Shown here: one piece after another, positions 32,579-39,256 of the stretch | Numbering within the stretch: position 1 is the first letter of the stretch | How the letters are laid out: each line of letters starts with the position of its first letter | The notes under the pieces: generated by a model | Told to the model about the DNA's origin: nothing | Seen by the model: only the letters and a program-made list of their open reading frames with translations | Databases searched by the model: none | NCBI GenBank assembly: GCA_963767115.1 | Contig: CAVYCR010000003.1 | Location: 175,377 to 237,224 of the forward strand | Source of the DNA: Candidatus Kaiserbacteria bacterium | Lineage (GTDB): Bacteria; Patescibacteriota; Minisyncoccia; Phycocordibacterales; UBA2100 | DNA: 61,848 bases | Reading direction: 5' to 3' | Translations under genes and position numbers: made by a program

Positions 32579-33217
32579 ATGAAAATCACGAAACTGGGCC
32601 ATTGCTGCCTGCTCTTACAAAACGACGGCGTAACCATCATGACCGACCCGGGCAATTACTCGATCGAGGCGCAAGAAAGCCAGATCGGCATCGACCTCAT
32701 CGTCATTACCCACGAACACCAAGACCATTTCCATATCGATTCGGTCAAGAAGTTGCTCGGTACCAATCCGCAGGCCGTGGTGGTGACCAACAGCGCGGTC
32801 GGCAAACTTCTCGAAGCACAAGGTATTGCCGCGACCATCGTCGGCGACGGACAGAGCGCGGAGGTCAAAGGCGTGAAGATAGAAGGCTTCGGCAAGGAGC
32901 ACGCACGGATCTACGCCGATATGGGCAACGTCGAGAACACCGGTTATCTACTCAATGAGAAATTCTACTTCCCTGGCGACAACTTCCATCAACCCGGCAA
33001 ACCGGTCGACATTCTCGCACTCCCCGTCGCGGGCCCGTGGCTCAAGGTCAGCGAGACGATCGACTTCGCCAAAGCAGTCAAGGCACGCGTGGCCTTCGGC
33101 GTACACGACGCCATGATCATCCCCGCCTTCAGACCGTTCGTCGGCATGTTGATGAAAAGCTTCGTGCCCGATACGGAATATGTCTCGCTCCAAGACGGCG
33201 AAAACCGGGAATTGTAA
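32579..33217 (+). CDS. MBL-fold metallo-hydrolase
   Basis: ITHEHQDHFH (HxHxDH motif), 212 aa. Confidence 0.8.
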   Translation: MKITKLGHCCLLLQNDGVTIMTDPGNYSIEAQESQIGIDLIVITHEHQDHFHIDSVKKLLGTNPQAVVVTNSAVGKLLEAQGIAATIVGDGQSAEVKGVKIEGFGKEHARIYADMGNVENTGYLLNEKFYFPGDNFHQPGKPVDILALPVAGPWLKVSETIDFAKAVKARVAFGVHDAMIIPAFRPFVGMLMKSFVPDTEYVSLQDGENREL

Positions 33218-33285
33218 AACATTGACTATCTGTTAAATACGGGTTATAAATGATTTAGGAGTATGGGACTCCCGAGGAGTTCGTT

Positions 33286-33702
33286 ATGGGTGTCGCGAGG
33301 AAGACAATCCCTGTCACTATCTTGGAATTATTGCTTACGGAAACGATTCTGAGAGACGCAAGCCCGGGAGAGACGCTTTTTGTCTTGGCCGCAAAACCTG
33401 CGCGCTTCATAGATTTCTGCAGCATACAGTGCGGCGGCGACCCAAACCAGCTTGCGGTCCTCCGTAGAAGTGAGCAGGAATGGCTTGTTTCAGTCCCCTC
33501 TCTGCGCGCTTTCATAGAGCAAACCGCCGATATTGTCGTCAGTGATTTCGACGAAAAATATTATTTAAGCCGTTACGAGGATGTTGCCTCCGCAGTCCGT
33601 AGGCGGCAACCCAAGTCCGGGTTGGCACATTACTGTATGCATGGTTTTTGGGAGGGTCGCGTTTACAAGGACGGTGGTACAAGCTGGATGGAATCGCCGT
33701 AA
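33286..33702 (+). CDS. Hypothetical protein (138 aa)
   Basis: Open frame with plausible composition. C-terminal FDEKYYLSRYEDVA...SGLAHYCMHGFWEGR resembles a widespread short motif, but I cannot assign a family. Confidence 0.45.
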   Translation: MGVARKTIPVTILELLLTETILRDASPGETLFVLAAKPARFIDFCSIQCGGDPNQLAVLRRSEQEWLVSVPSLRAFIEQTADIVVSDFDEKYYLSRYEDVASAVRRRQPKSGLAHYCMHGFWEGRVYKDGGTSWMESP

Positions 33703-33761
33703 GCTGTCCTGACAGCACGTGAGCAAGACCGCGCATGAGAATGCGCGGTTTTATTTTCAAT

Positions 33762-34058
33762 TTAGCGGCACATCTGATGGGTATCGACCCATTGTGCTTG
33801 GGCCGGGACAACTACATTTTTTATAATGATATTGAATGATTTGGGGACGTTTGGCTCGGTAAAAGGAGTGCTGTTTTCAATCTCAACATCTCCCGCGTTG
33901 TATGCCGAACAGTTGGTACCGTTGAAGCAAATATTGGCGAGCCCAGTGCCATTGATACTGTCATCAAGCTCGTTAACCACGACCGGCTTTCCTGCTTCGA
34001 AGAGATCAATGCCTTTCCCAAATAAGTTTGCGGTGAAAGCGCCTCCCTGGTAATTCAT
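33762..34058 (-). CDS. Hypothetical protein (98 aa)
   Basis: ORF only. No recognisable motifs or signals. Confidence 0.3.
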   Translation of the reverse strand: MNYQGGAFTANLFGKGIDLFEAGKPVVVNELDDSINGTGLANICFNGTNCSAYNAGDVEIENSTPFTEPNVPKSFNIIIKNVVVPAQAQWVDTHQMCR

Positions 34059-34284
34059 CGAGGATTACGCCATCGGCATTTGATCGTGTTCAGACCCGCT
34101 GTACATTTCGTGACCGCGCATGCAGTGGGCGCTTGCATTTTCCCAATCTCATAGTATAATTTCACGTAGATTACAAGGGACTTTGAAATTAGTGTGCCTT
34201 GGCAGAAAGCGCTTATTTACGGAGCCTTTTCTGCTACGGCACACTCGCATCCGCGACTGTGCTTTGTTAGCAAGGAGAACTCTG

Positions 34285-34938
34285 ATGGCAATCATCGGAA
34301 ATCTGCCGGGCGAGCGCTTGGCGGGTCTTGCTGCCGACACCTTCCACAAGGTTCAGCACGGAATCATCACCCTCGACGAATGGGCGTTGTTCAATCAGCG
34401 CAAGAACCCGTTCAGCTTCGAGCGCAATGAGCACGGCCACATCACCGTGACCGTGACCGGCCTCGACCTTTTGGGAGCGCAAGAAATCGCGCGACTCGAA
34501 GCGGCAGGATATCGCCTGAGCGATTGGTCGAAGTCTTGTCTCTTGAGCACGAAGCCGGACAGCTACGACGCCAACCATCGGCTCGTTGCTGGCCAGGTGT
34601 ATAAGATCGCGCTCATGCCGGGCAAAGAGATCGAACGTGACTCCGACCGCACGACCGAAAACCTTCGGAAGCGCGGAATTGAGCACTACGGCTACGGCAA
34701 GCCGCTTGCAGGCATCGTCCCGCGCATTCGCGAGGCGGTATCCGACAAACAGCTTGAGGAGATGGGCATCTGGTACGCCGCCGCGCTTCACGATCCGATC
34801 AAGGATTCTGACGGCGCTCCGGACGTGCTCAATGCGTATCGCTGTGGCGATGGTCGGTGGCTCGACGCGCGTTGGGGCAAGCCCGGCAATCAGTGGTTTG
34901 GCAATAGCGCGTTCGCGTTCCCCGTCCCGCAAGTTTGA
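34285..34938 (+). CDS. DGR target (variable) protein; the C-terminal 43 codons are the variable region
   Basis: ATG 34285 lies 7 nt after AAGGAG (34272-34277). The C-terminus ...DSDGAPDVLNAYRCGDGRWLDARWGKPGNQWFGNSAFAFPVPQV is the VR copy of the downstream template repeat. Confidence 0.85.
   Translation: MAIIGNLPGERLAGLAADTFHKVQHGIITLDEWALFNQRKNPFSFERNEHGHITVTVTGLDLLGAQEIARLEAAGYRLSDWSKSCLLSTKPDSYDANHRLVAGQVYKIALMPGKEIERDSDRTTENLRKRGIEHYGYGKPLAGIVPRIREAVSDKQLEEMGIWYAAALHDPIKDSDGAPDVLNAYRCGDGRWLDARWGKPGNQWFGNSAFAFPVPQV
34806..34932 (+). repeat. DGR variable region (VR)
   Basis: 127 nt, gap-free alignment to 35264-35390. 13 mismatches, all where TR has A. Confidence 0.9.
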
Positions 34939-34988
34939 ACTTAGGGCTTTGTACCTTGGGTCTCCTTTGACCCTTTGCACTTTGTCCT

Positions 34989-35021
34989 CGGCTCCGCAAT
35001 AAAATGCGGAGCCGATTTTTT
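34989..35021 (+). terminator. Hairpin plus T-run downstream of VR (terminator, possibly the DGR target-site hairpin)
   Basis: CGGCTCCGCA-ATAAAA-TGCGGAGCCG (10-bp stem) followed by ATTTTTT, 57 nt after the end of VR. Confidence 0.7.
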
Positions 35022-35263
35022 GTTACAATACGAAAGGTAGTAGGTGAATACGCGGGTGATCAAGGTTGCTCGCTACCGAACCCAGTATCCGTACGTTGAG
35101 AACATTTGCGATCACGGTTTCAAATGGAGGGCGTACGCAGACACTTCAAAAATTGAAGATACTTGGTGTGGAGTGCTGGAGCATTTAAGATGCCGAATAA
35201 GATACAGCTTGGAGATCGGCGCAAGCCTTCGATGAGCAGTGACATGGATGGCACTCCACACGT

Positions 35264-35390
35264 TTCTGACGGCGATCCGAACGTGCTCAATGCGAATCGC
35301 AATGACGATGGTCGGTGGCTCAACGCGAATTGGGACAAGCCCGGCAATCAGTGGAATGACAATAGCGCGTTCGCGTTCCCCGTCCCGCAA
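35264..35390 (+). repeat. DGR template region (TR)
   Basis: Non-coding copy of VR, rich in AAY/GAY codons in the VR frame (SDGDPNVLNANRNDDGRWLNANWDKPGNQWNDNSAFAFPVPQ). Confidence 0.9.
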
Positions 35391-35396
35391 CTCTCT

Positions 35397-35759
35397 TCAT
35401 TTCTCGCCCCGCTTCACAGCGGGGTTGAGTTTTGCAAGATGTCCCTGCCATCCACCGAGCATCTTACCCACCTTGTCCATTTTCTCGGAAAGTGTGATGT
35501 ACTGTTTCGCATCGATCGATGCTGTCTCCCAGAGGATCATCAACAGCAGTTTCAGTGTATCTACTTTCCGCGTTGCAAGCCGTACATACGGCACCTTTTC
35601 CTCGTGCGAGAGAAACGCCGCGGCAGAGACTGCTTCCATCGTTTCTATATACAAACCATCAATCCGTACACCAAGCGAGTACCGATGCACTTTCGGAATG
35701 ATAGAGTGGTACTCATGCCACAACAAATAAGCTTGTTTGACGTGATCCAAAAGAGGCAA
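35397..35759 (-). CDS. avd: Avd-like accessory variability determinant (four-helix-bundle / 23S rRNA IVS protein family)
   Basis: 120 aa, helical. KAYLLWHEY..., SLGVRIDGLYIETMEAV and KMDKVGKMLGGWQGHL fit the Avd/IVS family style. TTG start. It is on the strand opposite TR and RT. Confidence 0.8.
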   Translation of the reverse strand: MPLLDHVKQAYLLWHEYHSIIPKVHRYSLGVRIDGLYIETMEAVSAAAFLSHEEKVPYVRLATRKVDTLKLLLMILWETASIDAKQYITLSEKMDKVGKMLGGWQGHLAKLNPAVKRGEK

Positions 35760-35833
35760 AACCGTGCGGGGGGGGTAGAGTTCATAGAATTGTTTTTACT
35801 CATACCTACGAGGCTATCATATCGGTCGAAAAT

Positions 35834-36778
35834 TTGCTCGCCGCATGGCAAGAGTTCATTCGTGGCAAGCGCAAGAAAGCAGACGTGCAGGACTTCCAAT
35901 ATCGCCTGATTGACAACATCTTCACGCTCCATCGAGAATTGAAGAATAAAACGTATCGCCACGGCGCGTACGAAGCGTTCAAGATCAACGACCCAAAACC
36001 GCGTGATATCCACAAAGCGACAGTGCGCGATCGTCTCGTACATCATGCGATCTACCGGAAACTCTATCCATCATTCGACACCACATTCACTGATGATTCG
36101 TACTCGTGCCGAAGACACAAGGGTACGCACAAAGCGATGAGCCAGTTTCGCGCCTTTGCATATCAAGCAAGTAAAAATCACAAGCACACGGTTTGGATAC
36201 TCAAGTGTGATATTCGGAAATTCTTCGCATCGATAGATCAAGCGATCCTGCTCGATATTGTTGCTCGTTACATTCCAGAAAAGGGCATCAACGCGCTCAT
36301 CGCGGAAGTGGTCGGCAGTTTCCATTCAACGGAACCCGGCAGAGGCCTCCCGCTCGGCAACCTCACCTCGCAACTCCTCGTCAATATCTACATGAACGAG
36401 TTTGACCAATTCGTAAAACACAAGCTCAGGGCAAGATATTATGTGCGGTACGCGGATGACTTCGTTTTCATGAGCACTGATCGAGTGTGGCTTGAAGGAT
36501 TGATTCCATGTATCGCACAGTTTCTCGACGAACACCTCACGCTTTCGCTCCATCCCGACAAAGTCTCGATTGCCACACTTGCATCAGGTGTTGATTTCTT
36601 GGGTTGGGTGCACTTCCCGGATCACCGCGTATTGCGCACCTCGACGAAGCAACGAATGCTCAAACGCGTTCGGGGATTAGAAGAGGAGAGCCCGACCGTA
36701 CAATCGTATCTCGGAATGCTGCGGCATGGGAATACGCACATACTGTCTCAACTGGTGTTGGAACGGGGGCGCATGTAA
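35834..36778 (+). CDS. DGR-type reverse transcriptase
   Basis: RT motifs: KPRDIHKATVRDRLVHH, ILKCDIRKFFASID, LPLGNLTSQLLVNIYMNEFD (DGR-clade GxxxSQ), YVRYADDFVFM, and LGWV thumb. The listed start is TTG 35834. RT-like residues (HTYEAIISVENL) continue upstream without a canonical start. Confidence 0.9.
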   Translation: MLAAWQEFIRGKRKKADVQDFQYRLIDNIFTLHRELKNKTYRHGAYEAFKINDPKPRDIHKATVRDRLVHHAIYRKLYPSFDTTFTDDSYSCRRHKGTHKAMSQFRAFAYQASKNHKHTVWILKCDIRKFFASIDQAILLDIVARYIPEKGINALIAEVVGSFHSTEPGRGLPLGNLTSQLLVNIYMNEFDQFVKHKLRARYYVRYADDFVFMSTDRVWLEGLIPCIAQFLDEHLTLSLHPDKVSIATLASGVDFLGWVHFPDHRVLRTSTKQRMLKRVRGLEEESPTVQSYLGMLRHGNTHILSQLVLERGRM

Positions 36779-36909
36779 CCAGCTATCCCCTCGCCCATTC
36801 TCTCTGCATCCCCTCATTCGCCATAATTATCTCCCTCCGCCGATCAAGCTCCGAAGGTATCCTGATTCTGAATATGAATGGGGTGGTTTCACCGATTGTG
36901 GGACAGCCA

Positions 36910-37677
36910 CTAGATAGCAAGTGCCTCTCCGTCCCATGGCGCGCAACTATCAGAGACGGTGGCTTGTATGGGAGCTGTAGCGGGTTCGACAACTGGTGTA
37001 TTGCAATCCTCTGTCGGACCGCAGGGTGCAGCAGTTACACTAGAGCTTATGGTATTGAAAAAGGTTTGAAGGTCGTTTGCGAGCTTATTACCTAGGTTGT
37101 CGGACGACAAAAAATGATAGGAATACTGCAGGCCGTCTGTCGCGATATCAAGGGTCGTCTCATAACCATCCGGCACTGGAAGTCCATCACTTTGTATTGT
37201 CGCCAAATTGTATCGAGATAAGATATTTTCGAGAGATTGCATTTGCGCATTATTCAATGTCGTTGTTGCATTGCCATTTCCGCGAGGACTCCAATAGGAA
37301 TATACCAACACATTGCCTTGTAGATCGTAGCCAGTCCCGCCTTCGAGGCCCTGACTAAAGCCAAGTTCTATCTCAAGGGAAGTTTGTTGTGGGGCCAAAT
37401 CTGATGTGTTGTTTTTCGGGATTATGGGAGCAGTGGAAGATGCGGTTTGATTAGTGGCAGTAGGACATGCAGCAAACGCGCAATCGGGCCCCGTACGGCT
37501 GACGTAGCTGCCGTCGGGACATTGCTTCGCCTCTTGTGTGCAGGCTTGCTTTACCGGATACGCATCACAATCGGTGCCAACACATGTAGTCAAATTCTCA
37601 TTTTCATAGTGCCAAACAGCGTACCCTCCACCTATTACAACCACTGCAACTACCCCCACGATAATTTTATATTTCAT
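36910..37677 (-). CDS. Membrane-anchored Cys-rich extracellular protein, hypothetical
   Basis: N-terminal TM (KIIVGVVAVVVIGGGYAVW) and multiple Cys pairs. I recognise no family. Confidence 0.55.
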   Translation of the reverse strand: MKYKIIVGVVAVVVIGGGYAVWHYENENLTTCVGTDCDAYPVKQACTQEAKQCPDGSYVSRTGPDCAFAACPTATNQTASSTAPIIPKNNTSDLAPQQTSLEIELGFSQGLEGGTGYDLQGNVLVYSYWSPRGNGNATTTLNNAQMQSLENILSRYNLATIQSDGLPVPDGYETTLDIATDGLQYSYHFLSSDNLGNKLANDLQTFFNTISSSVTAAPCGPTEDCNTPVVEPATAPIQATVSDSCAPWDGEALAI

Positions 37678-37759
37678 GGCTTTGTTGAGGCTGGCTTTGA
37701 CCCATATGTGCCAGCATAGGTTGGATACCGTAAGTGTACCAGTTTATGAAGAAGGCAAT

Positions 37760-38503
37760 CTATCTATCCACAAACGGTTCAAGGTCGGCCTTATGGCGGT
37801 CGGTCAGCGAAATTGTACGATCCGAGTCACTCTTGCCGAGTGTTTTCAACACTGCCAGGTCGTTACTCCATGATGTACCGTCCCACCACTCAAGTGGCGC
37901 GAAGTTGGTCTTGTAGAGCGCTTTCTCACCGTAGAGGGTACCGAGATAATAATGGGAAAGGCCGCGGGATCGTGCTTCGCGCAGACAATCGAGCATGAGC
38001 CAGAGACCAAATGATGATTTGTCGTACTCTTCAGCATACGCAGAAAACCAGAAGTGCCCCATCGAACCTTCAGCAACTTCGATGATCGCAGCTATAGTTC
38101 GATTGACTTTACTGTATGAAATGATCGAGGGTGGTAAACCGGAGTCTAAAATCAAATCGAGTCGTTCGGCGGGCATTACCGATCCGTGTCGGCGTACGAA
38201 ATATTCGAGAAATAATGTACGAATATCGTCAGATGCGATACCGATGATCTCTCGAGAAAACATGGCGTCGAATTTCTTGGCGATGCGGCGATTCTCGCTA
38301 TCGAGGTCGAACCTCGACAAATCGATACGCGCGCTTCGCGCCATATAGAAAAGATTGCGCACGTCTTTGGCGCCCGAGTAAGGCAAATACCCGCGATCAT
38401 ATATTTCATTCAAGGTATCCCCTTTCTCGCGCTCGCAATAATTCGCATACCCAAACGTGTACGAATCGTAATTGTGCACGAGCTCGGCCGAAAAGATTCT
38501 CAT
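37760..38503 (-). CDS. Aminoacyl-tRNA--protein transferase, ATE/Bpt-like
   Basis: The C-terminal part HYYLGTLYGEKALYKTNFAPLEWWDGTSW resembles the ATE_C motif (YLGY...YK..F.P.E...G.W). Start set at ATG 38503, because the listed N-terminal extension runs through tRNA-Gly. Confidence 0.65.
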   Translation of the reverse strand: MRIFSAELVHNYDSYTFGYANYCEREKGDTLNEIYDRGYLPYSGAKDVRNLFYMARSARIDLSRFDLDSENRRIAKKFDAMFSREIIGIASDDIRTLFLEYFVRRHGSVMPAERLDLILDSGLPPSIISYSKVNRTIAAIIEVAEGSMGHFWFSAYAEEYDKSSFGLWLMLDCLREARSRGLSHYYLGTLYGEKALYKTNFAPLEWWDGTSWSNDLAVLKTLGKSDSDRTISLTDRHKADLEPFVDR

Positions 38504-38504
38504 G

Positions 38505-38575
38505 TGCGGGATACGGGAATCGAACCCGTGTCTAATGCTTGGGAAGCACTTGTTCTGCCATTTAACTAATCCCGC
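38505..38575 (-). tRNA. tRNA-Gly (CCC), no encoded CCA
   Basis: Reverse complement is GCGGGATTAGTTAAATGGCAGAACAAGTGCTTCCCAAGCATTAGACACGGGTTCGATTCCCGTATCCCGCA. Acceptor GCGGGAT/ATCCCGC, anticodon loop TTCCCAA. Confidence 0.85.
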
Positions 38576-38714
38576 CTTCGGTCCGTCGGAGCGGACCTTC
38601 GGCTTGGCTATGCCCGCTAAAGTACGCCTGAGCGTACTTTCGTGTAATGAATCCGCGGAAAGTCCGCGGAGGCGACTATAGCTTGCAAATAAATGTAACA
38701 AAATTATTGTCTAG

Positions 38715-39092
38715 CTACCACCACGGGAAGGTGTTGTGCAGCCATGCTTGGAAAGGCGTCGATGAAGCTTGCACTGGAGTGGTACTTGCCGGCTCGACGA
38801 TCATTACCTCTTGCTCGCCTGGCGCACCCATGTTGTACTGCTCGCGCAGCGCCGCTTCCTTGCCCTCTTCGGTCTGCAGGTTGGCAATATCGGCGTTCAT
38901 TTGGTCTTCCCGTGTGACCAAGCCGGCAAGCTGCGATTGCGCCTCCACATTGAGCTCTTTGGACTCTTGGTCCTTCTGGTAGATGCCCCAGACGCCTATC
39001 GACAAGAGGACGACCACCGCAAAAAGCGACGCGATCCACACGCGCCGCATGAAGATCCTCACAGGGTCGTTCCTTCCCTTCGCTGTAGCCAT
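38715..39092 (-). CDS. Septum formation initiator (FtsB/DivIC-like)
   Basis: N-terminal TM, a coiled coil, and EAALREQYNMGAPGEQEVMIV, the typical FtsB/DivIC C-terminal motif. Confidence 0.7.
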   Translation of the reverse strand: MATAKGRNDPVRIFMRRVWIASLFAVVVLLSIGVWGIYQKDQESKELNVEAQSQLAGLVTREDQMNADIANLQTEEGKEAALREQYNMGAPGEQEVMIVEPASTTPVQASSTPFQAWLHNTFPWW

Positions 39093-39120
39093 GCGGTATA
39101 GTATAGCAACTTCGAATTAT

Positions 39121-39252
39121 ATGAGTTTCCTTTTTCACAAGAAAACCCGCAGGGTCGCCAACGCGGTCTGGAGCGTGATCGCCGTACTGGTCACACTCGG
39201 CATGGTGGTCTTCTTTGCGCCAGGGCTTTCGACATGGCTGACGAGCCTCTAG
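39121..39252 (+). CDS. Small membrane protein (43 aa), hypothetical
   Basis: MSFLFHKKTRRVANAVWSVIAVLVTLGMVVFFAPGLSTWLTSL has a single TM. Divergent from the ftsB-like gene. Support is weak. Confidence 0.35.
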   Translation: MSFLFHKKTRRVANAVWSVIAVLVTLGMVVFFAPGLSTWLTSL

Positions 39253-39256
39253 GTTC

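Noticed and set aside
35163-35909. 248-aa plus-strand ORF (and 163-aa ORF 35239..35730) spanning TR and the avd region.
   Set aside because: Its N-terminal part is simply TR read in the VR frame. The rest is antisense to a well-formed Avd-like gene and has a Cys/His/Arg-rich, non-protein-like composition. It is a shadow ORF.
35834-36778. The reverse transcriptase as a group II intron maturase or a retron RT.
   Set aside because: I could not recognise an intron RNA domain V/VI-like structure or a maturase/endonuclease extension, and there is no msr/msd-like inverted repeat. The GNLTSQ motif, the adjacent Avd and the A-biased VR/TR pair identify it as a DGR RT.
37760-38701. Long N-terminal extensions in the ORF track, here and at 6049..8130, 10209..11621, 24383..25864, 16046..17263, 13560..14123 and 44044..44814.
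   Set aside because: The extensions run through a tRNA gene, REP palindromes, structured repeats or the upstream gene. Internal starts give canonical N-termini and typical ATGA or short overlaps.
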